Source: Eledone cirrhosa
Taxonomy: Eukaryota
Length of the DNA stretch: 64,000 nt
Direction: 5' to 3'
NCBI GenBank assembly: GCA_964016885.1
Contig: OZ024747.1
Span: forward strand, 17,670,001 to 17,734,000
This document shows positions 1 through 16,293 of the stretch, piece by piece (the stretch's first letter is position 1; each line of letters starts with the position of its first letter). The position numbers were made by a program, and so were the translations under genes. Below the pieces are notes generated by a model. It saw only the letters and a program-made list of their open reading frames with translations, searched no databases and was not told the origin of the DNA.

Positions 1-129
1 GTGTTTTTTTTTTTTTTTATTAGGCTCTTTCTTTCAGGAAAACCTGTACTGAATTTTTATTGACTTGTCTACAGCCCACATGTATATGAATATTAAATGT
101 ACCTTTTGATCAGTGGAGTTGAAAAAGTG

Positions 130-295
130 AAAGCCTAAGCGTGAATGTTTTACCAGCTAGAAACAACGAGTAAATCGCCCTCAAATAAAGAAACAATAGG
201 GCGATTACATGGACGATGTGACCCTAGATACATTACGTAAGGCTAGGGTTACTTTGATCACAGGCCTACTCAATCAGGGCTGATAAAAACTAAAA
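130..295 (+). mobile_element. Degenerate copy of a dispersed repeat carrying the GCTAGAAA(T/C)A(G/A)CAG...AAATCTCCCTCAAAT motif (candidate HDV-like ribozyme family)
   Basis: Matches 5265-5468 in both the 5' motif and the 3' TTGATCA...ATCAG segment; reverse-complement copies at 52358-52830 and 63613-63926. Confidence 0.55.
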
Positions 296-1421
296 TTTTC
301 ACTGGCAAATGAAAAGAATTTGCACCGATATCTTTGGTTTTGCTGTTTATTTATTTGTAGTTCCACAATGTCTATTCACTACAAGACAGACATGACAGGC
401 ATAAAGACATTCAGACATTCATCGTGTTTTGTATATGTGTTTGTTTGTCTTTGTTTGTGTATTCGTGTATACATACACACACACATACATATATATATAT
501 ATACACACATATATATATACACATACAATATAGACACAAACACATATATATAGTTTACATAATTTACATAAATCTTTCGTTGCACATCTGCAACATCATC
601 AGTGGTGTTATATTCATTGTTCCTCCTGTTGTGTTGTATGTCTACGCCATTTTTTATTCAGTCTGTATATATACACACATATATATATACACACATACAC
701 ACATATATATACACACACACATACATATATATATATATACACACAGAGGTATCCACAAAGTGCACATATCCACCTCTCACTATATATGGTGCGGATATGT
801 CCACTTTGTAATCTATAAAATGTATGTGTTTTAACTATGCCAACATGTATTTATCTGAGGTTGATTATTTATGCATAAACATACTTGATAGTATTTTAGA
901 GCGTATCATATGCTGTATTATACTAAGTTCAATTTACCACACCGTACTATATTGTGTTGGTTAAGTTGTATATTATCGCATGTATTTCATTATCTTATTA
1001 TAATTTTCATCTTTTAATATACTATCTTTCCTAGCCATAACTTTAATTTATATTCACCTAAAAACTCAATACAACACTAATCACCATTTATTTTGACATT
1101 CTTTTTAACTTCACTATACCAGATACATTCAACTATCAGTTTGACAATCCCTTTCCTCCTAATAGATTTGTATGCCAATTCTACTATTGACACCATTCAA
1201 CCATTCCTTTCAAAGGGTCATGACCTCAACTAAAGTGTATTACTTTTCATCTGAACACCATATGAAAAAAACAATTTGATTCGTTAGTTCTTCAACAACC
1301 TCCAAATAAGGACATGATACTAACATACTACTAATTCTGAATAAAATTATTATTGCTTTTGAAAACAGCTGGTGATATGCATGTAAGTAAATATTCTCTT
1401 TATCTGATATTTTGTAACTAA

Positions 1422-1490
1422 CCTTACATAGATGAATAACGGAGTATAGCTACAATGTATTATCATTAGCTAGAAACGATCGTAAAGCAG
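1422..1490 (+). ncRNA. Degenerate minimal hammerhead-like motif in a probable Penelope-like terminal repeat remnant
   Basis: TAGATGA (decayed CTGATGA), a TAGCTA...TAGCTA stem, then GAAAC-GATC-GTA with a palindromic stem III; lies just before a (TA)n tract. Confidence 0.35.
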
Positions 1491-1566
1491 TGAAGTATAT
1501 CTCTAATGACTTGATTTTTTATTTCATTGTTTTAACTTATATATATATATAGAGAGAGAGAGAGAG

Positions 1567-1648
<82 letters not shown>

Positions 1649-1715
1649 TTATATATATATATAGAGAGAGAGAGAGAAAGAGATTATATACATGTACATA
1701 TATATGTGTGTATGC

Positions 1716-1809
<94 letters not shown>

Positions 1810-2409
1810 GTTTGTGTGATTGTGATTGTGTGTGTGGGGGGGTGCGAGTGGGCGGGTGGTATATGAGGTTTTGTGAAAAATATCAACATGTATTTATCTC
1901 TTTAATGCCAAGTTCTGGTGAGATAAGTTAGTTTCTAGAATTTTCAATCATCAGCACATCTAACAAATATGTCATTATCTTTCTTAACATGTCCGCTCAA
2001 ATATGTTTTATCGCCGATAGCTACAGAAAATAGGTAATTTAGAAAATAAGTGAACAACTAATGCTAAAATGCATGACGAAACACCTGAAGTGAATTTTAA
2101 TTCCCGATCTCTGAACAGGTTATTCAATATACCCTACGTTCGGCTACTTCAAGTTTAGGATGGAGAGTTGTGTCAAAAATAAGCTATTGTTTTTTTTTTG
2201 TTGTTGTATTTTTGTTTGTTTTTTTCTTTTTAGTATACTTGGTTATAGTGTGTGTTTTTCCAACGTCACAGATCGCTGATCTGTGCATCCTAAGCACGTG
2301 TTGTTGTTTTGTTTGTTTCTTTGTTTTTTAGTTTTACATATTTTCTATATTAAAAGTACTCTACGTAATATGTATGTAATGTCTAGTTTTATTATTTTCT
2401 ATATGTTGT

Positions 2410-2630
2410 TAGTGCGGTGGATTGGCAATATCGGTAGAGGGTCGGACGCTGTGCTTTGTAGCATAGAGTTGCGGCCCTTTATGATCTGAGTTCAAATCCC
2501 ACCGAGGTTAATTTTGCCTTTCATCCTTACGGGTTCGATAAAATAAAGTACCAGTCACGCAGTGGGGTCGATTTAATCGACTTTCCCCTCCCCCCAAATT
2601 GCTGGCCTTGTGCTATATAAGAAACCATTA
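2410..2630 (+). mobile_element. Full-length tRNA-derived SINE (dominant family, Meta-domain-like core)
   Basis: A-box-like TGGCAATATCGG, B-box GAGTTCAAATCC, core TTTGCCTTTCATCCTTACGGG-TCGATAAAATAAAGTACCAG; 19-bp TSD ATTATTTTCTATATGTTGT at 2391-2409 and 2627-2645. Confidence 0.9.
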
Positions 2631-3074
2631 TTTTCTATATGTTGTACATATTTGTATGCCCTGGGTTTTGTGTTATATATTTGTATTTTTTTAATCATTC
2701 CCATTACAGAATTTATTTGTGTTCAGTCCCACATTCGGCTTATTTCTATTTACAGATTTGTATGTTTATAATATTTCTGTTTTGTATGTGAATACAGAGG
2801 ATGGACTCGGATCAGTTTTCTGATGCGATTGAAACTTGGATTCAGTATCAATTTCTAGTGTTCGTTGAGAACAATATCCACCTGACAGACCTTAACCTGT
2901 TTGTCGGTACGAATTGGCAAATACGAGAATACGATCGCTTTGTCATTCTCTGGGATACATTGGGCTTTTTGTTTGTAGCATCTCTTCTCTATTAATATTT
3001 TATTATGCTGGCATGAATTACAGTAAATAAAAACCCAAATCTCTGACCATTCCGACAAATGTGATTTTGTTTCT

Positions 3075-3362
3075 TCATCTCCACATCATTATGAGGTCAA
3101 TAAAATAGAGTACCAGTCATGTATTAAGGTCGATTAAATTAAATTTCCTTTTTCTGAAATTGCTGTCTTTGCGTCTAAATTCGAACCCTTTTGGCAGTAT
3201 CGGTAGAGGGTCGGATGCCATGCTTTGCAGCATAGAGTTAGGTTCTGAGTTCAAATCCCGCCGAGGTTAGCTTTGCCTTTCATCCTTAAGGGATCGATAA
3301 AATAAAGCACCAGCAATGCACTGGGGAAATTGCTGGCCTTGTATCAAAAGTAAAAACAATTA
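3075..3362 (+). mobile_element. Two adjacent SINE copies (older 3' part plus a younger copy)
   Basis: Same B-box and core as 2410-2630. Confidence 0.8.
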
Positions 3363-5264
3363 TTGTTGGTGTATTTATTGCTTCTGCAACTAATCCTCGC
3401 ACTATGAAACCTCAACCGACTCTCAGTGTAGGACTAGCACTTATATTATTGACCCAGGATATGTGAAGGGTGGAGTTGAAGTAAGCAGGATTTCAATTCA
3501 GAGCGTAACCAACGTAATGAAAAATTGTATTGCAGTTTATCTAACAAACTTCTGACCCCACCATCCATCGCCCTTAAATCAGCATTAAAAATGAACACGC
3601 AAATGTCACCGATCGCAATACACTTTTCAGAGTTTGAAACACAATTTAATCATTGTGCCCTTTCCGAATTCTTTCCATTATCTACTGTGAGAGAATTATG
3701 TCGTAATGTATTTCAATGTATTTGGAGTTTACAAGCAGTGAAGGAACTGAAAATGCCATTTGTCATTTGTCATTTTCTACTTACATAAAAGCATTCTAGA
3801 ACGTTCCTGTTTGTTTATTAGTTTATCATTGTAGTACTTATTTCTTACCTAAGCAAAAGACCCTCAAGCATATATATTTGATTGAAAATTGAATTGTGTG
3901 ACATTCATGTCATTCTCAATATTAGTTCAGTGAAAGCGATTGGTAGAGCAAACGAGAAAATGACTTGTGTGTAGTTGCATTCCTCTAAGTTCTGATTTCG
4001 ATTTCCAATGAATTTGATTGTGCCTCTCATCTTGAGGATCACATTTTGACTAAATACTTTCCAAAAGTCCGTGGATTCGCCCATATGCCACAACTCAATG
4101 TGTCGTGTGTAGTATAAATTATATCAAATAGCTACATAAATGAATTAACTCCATTTAACAAACTCGTTTGTCCAGGATATTCCTGCTTTTTATAATACAT
4201 ACTCATCTGTGTTATGTAATTTTTTTTTGTATTTGGTGATAGTGGAGCAATGTCACCAAATATTTCACGTCACTTTTTTAAGCAGAATTTTATAACGTTC
4301 TCGCACACTAAAGTCACTGCACCTTAACAACGTCTTGCTTGTAACTACCGATGCCATGGATAAGGTAACTGAGTTATATATCACACATTTACTAATAAAA
4401 TTTGAAGTAATCATAGTAGTTAAAAACGGACTGATATTATTGGCAGGAATATAATAGGACAAGAACCTCTTTTTGCTGCGTATCTTGCAACTGAATCAAA
4501 TGAAAGAATTCCTCAATATATTGTCAAGATGTCAGCTTTGGACCATAAGCGAAGAACAAAATTAATGTTACACCAGAGATACTTTTTATCAATGGTCTGA
4601 AGCTGTACTTATATGTAAAATTCATTGCATTGATGGGCATTGTTGTTCAAAATGTTCTGTAGGAATCTAATCAACCCTGGATAAATTCCTTTAGTCAGTA
4701 CACAATACTGACACAAGCAAGGTCAATGTATTTTATGCCTATCCATCAACTTTTCTTCGCTGTAATAAAGTAATTAGCTCTACTTATACTATTAATACAT
4801 CCAATAGTATACAGAAAGGTAAAGGTACATTGTAAAATATGTGACCTTTTTGTTTGTATTATACTTCAGCAAACATGATAAAACAAATAGCTAACTTATG
4901 GTAACTTGAAACCTTAGTATGGATTCTATTATTTTCCTTGGTCCACAAATGTTCTTCGTGAATGTAATGGACTTCATAAATTCTACGATATTGACTTTCA
5001 AATGTATATGGCTGTTGTGTGTGATCAGAAGGAAACAAAATTAGTAAATTATATTTATACATTATTTATACTGTAGCCTGTATATTTGCTGCATTACAAT
5101 AGGCCTAAAGTCAGTTCTCACAATACATAGTTATAGTCGCTGCAGGCAAGTGCATTACTGGTACATATTTTGCCGATGCATAGATAAATGTGTACAAAGT
5201 AAAGCTTCGCCTAACCTGAAGTAGAAATACTGTAATTTAGGATCATTGTAATCTATTCAAGTTG

Positions 5265-5468
5265 CTGAGCAACTTCTATGTGGTCATTCGGTAGAAACAG
5301 CAGTTAAATCTGCTTCAAGTCACACACTCCCGTCTTGGGAAAAGAAAGGATGCATTAGATAATGTAATCCTGCAAACCCATAAAAATACGGAAATTTTAT
5401 GGCGCAGATTTCCTTGATCATAGATATGCTCTATCAGTGTTGTTCTGAGGCTAAACAACAACAACAAT
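5265..5468 (+). mobile_element. Degenerate copy of the GCTAGAAATAGCAG repeat family with an (AAC)n tail
   Basis: ACTTCTATGTGGTCATTCGGTAGAAACAGCAGTTAAATC 5' motif; ends GGCTAAACAACAACAACAA, which defines the sense strand. Confidence 0.55.
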
Positions 5469-5929
5469 GATGTATAATGGTGACTTCCTTTCCCCTGGGC
5501 ATTAGCATCTTATATTCTAAGAGTAAAGAGATGAAACGACAGTTGTGATGTTCATAGGTTTCCCATGTATCTGAATGGTTTAAATAGCTTCAAACCCAAA
5601 ATGAAAACGGCTAATTTCCCTACGCTCATATTAATTAGCAATGGCTTTTATCTATTTAGAATTGATTGAATATTGTGGTTCTGGTATTAATGACGTCAGT
5701 GAAGAGTCTTGGAGACCAAGAATCGAAATAGGTTGTTTTTTTTCTGCATCATATATCATTATCCTAATGGAGTCGTAGGGATGCTGCCCTGACATGCGGC
5801 GTACCTTGGACAGTTAAAGCTAGCAGAATCCATCCCTTACCAGTTCTAAACAGCCGCTCTCTTAACGAGAAAGGTAGAAAGGGGATGTGAAAAAGACATA
5901 TAGAGGAAGAAGGATCGACCGCAGTATTA

Positions 5930-6660
5930 AGCTTGTACTTAATTTATCGACTTCAGAAGGATGAAAATAAAATGTGACCTCTACTACGTGATTTGAACTC
6001 AGAGCGCAAAGAGCAGGAATGAATACCAAAAATCATTCCCGACATACTAACGTTTTGGTCGATTTGCCGACTTCTATCATATATAATCATTTCTAATTTA
6101 AGTTCAACAACACAAATATTAGTTGAATAACGCACCCCAGTTTATTTTTATTGCTACTTTTCTCAATCTCCGACGGAAAAAGACAAACAAAATCAATATA
6201 AGGGAAGATTTAAATTCAGAATGCTATGTGACACAACTAACTATAACCTATTAGGCCAGCAATTCGGGAGAAGGGGTAAGTCGATTATATTGAATCCAAT
6301 ACATGATTGGTAACTTATTTTATCGAGCCAGAATGATGACAAGTAAAGTTGACCTCAAAGGGATTTGCTCTCAGAACGTAATGAGCTGGAATATATACCT
6401 TAAGATATTTTCGCCGGAAGCTACTTATTCTCTTAATCGACTGCCTAGCTATTGCATATAATGATTTCAACTTTAGGTACAAGGCTAGTCATTTGGGAAG
6501 GAAAATTCAATGATATCGAACACAGTATTTGACTGGTGCCTTTTTATCATCGACTCTAGAATGTTTAAAATCAAAGTTGACACCACTGGTATTTGAACTC
6601 ATATTTTAAATAGCCATTACATAGTAGCGACACTCTAATGATTCCGCCAATCCATCGAAC
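5930..6660 (-). mobile_element. Cluster of old, diverged SINE copies
   Basis: Repeated TTTATCGA...AAAGTTGAC...ATTTGAACTC reverse-complement core and B-box remnants. Confidence 0.6.
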
Positions 6661-6984
6661 CTTAACTATAATCTGTAATATAATTATATCTAAGATACCA
6701 TAAATAGACACCCAGATATAAAGATAGAAAAAATATAAGAACTATATTATGGAAAACAAGTATAATTTACAAACACAAATGCTTTTGAGCAGTGTGAATA
6801 TATTGCAGGTCATTTATTGTTCGCTCTGCGCTATGCATCTGCCTTATACAAACCAATAACCTACAAGGAAATGCTTGCAATTGAGTTGAAATTCTAACTA
6901 GCTCATTAACAATACATCGTTTCAGCATGTCATATAAAAGCCATGACGGTCGAAATGAGGTAATCTGTCATGTACACACACGTA

Positions 6985-8446
<1,462 letters not shown>

Positions 8447-8788
8447 GAGAAAATGATAGCGGCAGAGGTGAATACCAATATGCATATACATGTATCGTAT
8501 AGACCGAGCGATAAACACATATCTATACATATAAGTTTATGAATGTATAGGTAGGTATATGTGAGTATATACGAATACATATGTCTGTGTGTATGTGTGT
8601 CTGTGTGTCTGTGTGTACATATAGGATGGTGTATCTGTGAAGGCATATTTATATATTTATTTTGGAGATATAAAGCTGCACTTTATGGTATGGAATTTTA
8701 AGATGTATGAATATAATGGAATTTTGATAACTTTCTATCCATTCTTTTTTAGTTAGGGTATTTTTAGTAAGGATATCCAGGTAGCAGA

Positions 8789-10300
8789 CGTCCCCTCTGT
8801 CATGTCAGTTAACACTTTCTCTCTACTGACCTCTTCCTCACTCTTCTACTCACTCACTCACTCACTGTTTCTCCCCTTCTCACTTCACCCCGTTCGCGAT
8901 GTTAACGATTTTCCTTCTTTCTTACATTGGATTCATCTCGAAAGGTCTATTTTCTACTCGCTCATATATTCACCCAGCTTATACTGATAGAATAACTATG
9001 TAGCTTGTGTCTTTCCTATCTTTGGTTCGCTTTCCTCTGTGTTGTTTACTTGTCTCACTCGCTTTACGCGTTTTAATTGTCCTAATAACTTATTTTAGTT
9101 ATTATTGCGCCAACGTGAGGTATATGATTTTTAATGCAATGAAATACCTATGACCGTTGGTAAATCACTGATGAGGGACTCATTTTATAACATGTTATCC
9201 ATGTGCAACCATGCAGTATTCTTCTCCCCATTTTTTCACATATATTTACCTAAACTGCGATTCTGTTTTTCTCTCTCTCTCTCTTACTGCTCCCTCGTTC
9301 TCTCTGTTTCTCTTACTTTCTTTCGTCCCCTCTGTCATGTCAGTTAACACTTTCTCTCTACTGACCTCTTCCTCACTCTTCTACCCACTCACTCACTGTT
9401 TCTCCCCTTCTCACTTCACCCCGTTCGCGATGTTAACGATTTTCCTTCTTTCTTACATTGGAATCATCTCGAAAGGTCTATTTTCTACTCGCTCATATAT
9501 TCACCCAGCTTATACTGATAGAATAACTATGTAGCTTGTGTCTTTCCTATCTTTGGTTAGCTTTCCTCTGTGTTGTTTACTTGTCTCACTCGCTTTACGC
9601 GTTTTAATTGTCCTAATAACTTATTTTAGTTATTATTGCGCCAACGTGAGGTATATGATTTTTAATGCAATGAAATACCTATGACCGTTGGTAAATCACT
9701 GATGAGGGACTCATTTTATAACATGTTATCCATGTGCAACCATGCAGTATTCTTCTCCCCAATTTTTCACATATTTACCTAAACTGCGATTCTGTTTTTC
9801 TCTCTCTCTCTCTTACTGCTCCCTCGTTCTCTCTGTTTCTCTTACTTTCTTTCGTCCCCTCTGTCATGTCAGTTAACACTTTCTCTCTACTGACCTCTTC
9901 CTCACTCTTCTACTCACTCACTCACTGTTTCTCCCCTTCTCACTTCACCCGTTCGCGATGTTAACGATTTTCCTTCTTTCTTATATTGGATTCATCTCGA
10001 AAGGTCTATTTTCTACTCGCCCATATATTCACCCAGCTTATACTGATAGAATAACTATGTAGCTTGTGTCTTTCCTATCTTTGGTTAGCTTTCCTCTGTG
10101 TTGTTTACTTGTCTCACTCGCTTTACGCGTTTTAATTGTCCTAATAACTTATTTTAGTTATTATTGCGCCAACGTGAGGTATATGATTTTTAATGCAATG
10201 AAATACCTATGACCGTTGGTAAATCACTGATGAAGGACTCATTTTATAACATGTTATCCATGTGCAACCATGCAGTATTCTTCTCCCCATTTTTTCACAT
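8789..10300 (+). repeat. Head-to-tail tandem repeat, unit ~530-535 bp, ~2.85 copies; Penelope-LTR/retrozyme-like
   Basis: Units start CGTCCCCTCTGTC at 8789, 9324 and 9853 and are near-identical; each carries CACTGATGA; diverged homologue at ~22000-22298. Confidence 0.9.
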
Positions 10301-10307
10301 ATATATA

Positions 10308-10430
10308 CGTCGAAACGGCTTGAGCTCAGCTGTCGGGGTCTTACTGGTTCCTATTACCCACTCTACTACCTCAAGTATTGAGTACTTTGGTGCGTTATGG
10401 TCCACCTGGTTCCTTACCACATTTCCTTCG

Positions 10431-10432
<2 letters not shown>
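10308..10432 (+). mobile_element. Short (TA)n-embedded Penelope-like terminal module (family A)
   Basis: Near-identical to the reverse complement of 61913-62037; TA runs on both sides; begins CGTCGAAACGG. Confidence 0.75.
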
Positions 10433-10516
<84 letters not shown>

Positions 10517-11142
10517 TCATTCGATCGACTTTCGTCAAATCGCACCGAGGAAACAATGTTTCCGTTGGTCTTTCCAATTGCTAATACTTTCTCTCGGTCG
10601 CAACTCCAGGTAGAAGGAGCAACGGTGTGTGTATATGTGTACTTCGTGTTTTGGTTCACGTACGTCTCCGAATATATGTGTATTTACATGTAGGTATGTG
10701 TGTGCGCTTGTTATATACGTATTTATTTATTTATATACGTTTATTTAATTATATGTATACACGCACACACACACATATATATATATATTAATATATATTT
10801 TTTTATATATATTTTTATGTGTATTTGGTGTATACATTCGTATGCGTGCGGGTACAGGCGTTGCGTGGGTTCTGTATGTGCGTGTGGGTTTTTTGGGGGG
10901 GTTTTCTTTTGTGTACGTGCGTGTTTTTGTATACCTATGGCGAGTGTTTTCGCATATGCTTGTGTATGTACGTATATGGATGCGTGTATGTATTTATTTC
11001 AATTACCTCGGTATTTTATTTACCTTACTCTTAACTCTGAAGCCGAGAATCATTCGGTTTCCTAGTTAGAATTTTAGTCTACGATTTCAGTTATACCATT
11101 TACGTGGTTTTGTCTTTGCGTGCAATTGTTCTCCCCGCTCCA

Positions 11143-12223
11143 CAGGCAACAGGCCACTTTATCGGTCACACTAGCTTTGCCGGCGTATCTTTCATCGGTA
11201 ACCTCGTGCCGCGTCCTCGTCAGCAGGGTTCTTCAAAACACAATAGAACCCTCTGTGTTCAGAGAACGTGAGGCCGCCTGTGAGACGTGGGACCGGCTGG
11301 GACTTAGCCCAGTAGACGTCCCCCCTCCTTCTCCTCCTGTTGACGTCAAGTCCCCCCCCCCCCCAACGCACTTGGGATGCCATCCAGTGCAGCCTGGCCT
11401 CAGACAGGCTCACGCGCCAGCTCGACCAGCACCGCCTTGCTTGTTTTCGTGCGGCCTCCAAACGCCACAGTGGTGGCTGGCTCCATGCTCTGCCCTCCTT
11501 CTCCACTGGCACGCAGCTAGACAACCATAGCCTGCGAATCGGCGTTTCCCTGAGGCTCGGCCTCCGGATCTGCCATCCACACCAATGTCGCTGCGATTCC
11601 ACCGTGGACTCTTTCGGCCTCCACTCGCTTTCCTGTCGCCACAGTGCCGGCCGCATTCCACGCCATACTGCTCTCAACGAGGTCATTAAGCATGGCTTGG
11701 ACGCTGCAGGCTTCCCTTCCCAGCTCGAGCCGGTGGGGCTGGATCGAGGGGACGGCAAAAGGTCAGATGGCATGACCATCTTCCCGTTCCGCGGTGGAAA
11801 ACCCCTCGTCTGTGATGCCACTTGCACCAATACTTTCTGCAGCCGCAACCTGGGGCAGTCTGCGCCTGACCCAGGTTCTGCTGCACGTCGGGCTGAGGGG
11901 GCCAAACTCCTCAAATACCGGTCGCTCTCTGACAGGTTTGCGGTCGTTCCCTTGGCAGTGGAAACTTCTGGTGTCCTCGGCCCTAGGGCTACCTCCTTAC
12001 TCACCACCATAGTCGCTGAGCTAGCCAGCCGCAGGTGTGAGCCCCGCGAGTTGGAGTGGCTTTTCCAGCGTGTCTCCCTTGCCGTCCACCGGGGAAGCGC
12101 CTTCTCCATTCTGTCCGCCGGGGCTGTGGGTGGGCCCCATCGCGTACTAATACATTAGTTAAATACCATTCTTTCATCTGATACAACACAATAAAGACAG
12201 TGTGAAATATTTTTTTAAAAAAA
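11143..12223 (+). mobile_element. 5'-truncated CRE-clade non-LTR retrotransposon (zinc knuckle plus restriction-like endonuclease), pseudogenised
   Basis: ORF 11340-12158: WLHALP...LRLG, CxC...HSLSC...RH, EP...DGKRSDG (RPDG-like)...DATC...AE..K..KY...PLAVETSG...QRVSLAVHRG; upstream frame QATL..LALPAYLSS; AATAAA and A-tail at the 3' end; high GC. Confidence 0.88.
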
Positions 12224-12367
12224 GGTATGACGTATTATCTTCGTTTTTTCCGTCTCAATGAGCCACCTAATAGAATATTAGTCTACAACTTCTTTTATAC
12301 CATAAACGTGGTTTTGTCTTTGCGTGTAATTGTTTTTCACCGCTCCAAATAATGACGTATTATATTC

Positions 12368-12556
12368 GGGCGGTGAATTGGCAGTGTCAGTAGAGGGTTG
12401 GACGCTATGCTTTGTAGCATAGTTACGTCCCTTTACAGTCTGAGTTCAAATCCCGCCGTGGTTAACTTTGCCTTTCATCCTTACGGGGTCTATAAAATAA
12501 AGTACCAGTAATGTACTGGAAATTGGTGGTCTTGTGCCAAAAGTAGAAACAATTAT
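12368..12556 (+). mobile_element. tRNA-derived SINE (dominant family)
   Basis: A/B boxes and core. Confidence 0.88.
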
Positions 12557-12679
12557 ATTCGTTTTTTCCCGTTCTTTGCCAGGGAACGTTTCCATGAACC
12601 AAAGTATCGTCTTCCTGTCTTCCTCCGATTGCAACTTTTTTTGAAATATTCACTTCTGTGTTCACAGATTGACTTTGTT

Positions 12680-12730
12680 AGTTTCAGAAGAACCCGTTAA
12701 GGGTGAAAGCAGCGATTCTTTGCTTAAACT
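12680..12730 (+). ncRNA. Type I hammerhead-like motif with non-canonical CAGAAGA core
   Basis: Stem I AGTTT/AAACT, CAGAAGA, stem II ACCC/GGGT, GAAA, stem III GCA/TGC, CUU triplet; followed by AATAAA and (TA)n; second copy at 25488-25538. Confidence 0.55.
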
Positions 12731-12746
12731 TTAATCTGTTATTTTA

Positions 12747-13454
<708 letters not shown>

Positions 13455-13458
13455 ATAT

Positions 13459-13545
<87 letters not shown>

Positions 13546-13772
13546 CTCTGTGAGATTTACATTAGGGATACGCATATATCTGGAGTGTTCGGTCACGTAC
13601 ACGTTAACGTTATTGGCAGGTTCTTCCTTAGACGAATAACTAGAACTCTCAATCTCAAAACCGACGGATTTCCATTACACACACACGCACATACTCACAT
13701 ACACACATTCAGACACACTAACACACACTCACATACACACATACACACGCACTCGCACCTATATATATATAT

Positions 13773-14115
<343 letters not shown>

Positions 14116-14621
14116 GGAAATTAGGAAGTATTTAACAAAGCTAATCCATAAAAAGCACAAAGAAATATTGAACTCATATGTGAACTCAATCACTTCTGTT
14201 TCAAACAAATAAACTAGCGAACAAGGAATTATAAAACTAAAACAATTTGTCTACAGAAAATCAAACGAAGTTGATATACAACTGATGAATAGAGATCTAA
14301 TGGGGATAATTAAATACAACGTACATTGCACCAACTCTGAAAACTAGTTATATTTAATTGCTTGCCATAAAAACTAATCTTTGTGTGCCTGTTTGCTCGA
14401 TAAACAAAGATTTTTCTGAAACTAAGAGCAACAACTATATATTTGTCATACTAAACAACACTAAATCTCATAGCAACACCACACCTCAAAGGAGAAACAT
14501 TAAAAAATACATACATGAAACCATTAGATTACTAATGTAACCAATTAGGTGAATTAATTTACCTAACTGGTTGAAATTTCTTAATTAATCAGAGGTATAT
14601 CAGTTATTGGGTTATATACTG

Positions 14622-14810
14622 AAGGCCGTGAGGTGGCTGATTGGCAGAATTGTTAGAACATTGAAAGAAATGCTTTGAAGTATCACCCGCGGAGGTCAAC
14701 GCTGCTTTTCATCTTTCAAGAGTCGATAAAATAAATTAACAGTCAAGTTCGATTTAATTGACTTATATCTTTCTCTAAATTGCTGATCTTGTGCCTAAAT
14801 TCAAAATCAT
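14622..14810 (+). mobile_element. Old SINE copy
   Basis: TTGGCAGAATTGTTAGA head; GAGGTCAAC...TTTCATC...GTCGATAAAATAA core. Confidence 0.7.
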
Positions 14811-15643
14811 TTACTGAATGCTATGCGCAAAAACAATTATAATATATAAAGAATTTTTTTAATCAGAAATAATGAAATAAAATTAAAGCTTTGCAGGAAT
14901 TTATCTCCTCTTTACAAAGCAAAGTGGTGATAATTACAAATAATTCAGAAATACGTCTTCACAGTTTATATATAATGGAGAAGGAAAGTTTCATCTTCGT
15001 AACAATAGACGACATTGGAGATACTCATAAATGTATGACCTCATTCGTATAGGGACTAATCTGCTTTGTGGGTTGACAAATATTTTATGTATAGCAAGAG
15101 GGATGCTAACCTAATCTGCTAAAACTATAAGTTAACGGTATAAATTCAAATGAAGCAATGGTATTATAAACTTAGATAATATGTTAAAGAGTACTGAACT
15201 GAACTCATATGCATTGAATTCTTAATTTATTTAATTTGATTTCTTAATTGTAGATAGAAAATAAAAACACAGCGTTACATATCAGTGACTCTCAAACAAA
15301 ATGGAGGATAATTTCAAGAAATTCAATATTAAATAGTCAAAGGAATAAATCTAAGATAGACTATGTTCAACACATTTTCCACATCAGAACACACGTTTTA
15401 AAGATAGAAAGAAAAAAAACATTTAAGCTGTGTGATGACGGATTGGCAAAGTCATTTGGACATAGGAAAGAATGCTTTGTGGTATTTTCCCGACACTCCT
15501 TGCTCTAAGTCAGATCCCTCCGAGGTCAATTAGACCTTTCAACCGTTAGTGGTTGTTCATTAAAGTATCTTTCAAGAGATGATAAAGTTCAACACCAATC
15601 TCCAAAAAATGATGAGACTTCTACCAACGGCTAGTATCGGTGA

Positions 15644-15690
<47 letters not shown>

Positions 15691-16237
15691 TATATATACT
15701 TATTTATTTATTTATTCATATATGTATTTATACTTTTGCTAAATTACCTGCCCCTGCGTGAACTCTTTTGTTATATCCCGATAGGGAAAGCACAATCAAC
15801 CATAGGCGGTCATCTTTGTTTTTCATTTTTCTCATGACAGGCTAAAGAAATTGGGGCCCAGAACCGAACGAAACTCAAATACCTGCTTATGTTACTGTTG
15901 TAATTATATATATATATATATATATATATGCGTATATACATATATATGCATATGTATCTATGCTTGTGTATATATGTATATATAAAGATATATTCATACA
16001 AGCATAGATACGCAAGTAATTAGAAGAACGCATGTATATGTAAATATAAACATATATATGTATGTATGTGTATGCGTATGTGCATAAATACACATATATA
16101 CATGCATATACATACATTTCTGTAATCTCTTCTATTTTTACATTTAAATTAAGCGTGTAATTTGCTAAATTAAATGAATCCTGTTAATTAGCCATAAATG
16201 TAACGATATCTATTTCCTACTTTCTTAACTGTCTTTT

Positions 16238-16293
<56 letters not shown>

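Noticed and set aside
2410-2505. tRNA gene
   Set aside because: A/B boxes belong to SINE heads; no complete cloverleaf, and they are always fused to the SINE core
11192-12109. 305-aa minus-strand ORF
   Set aside because: It is an antisense shadow of the GC-rich CRE ORF
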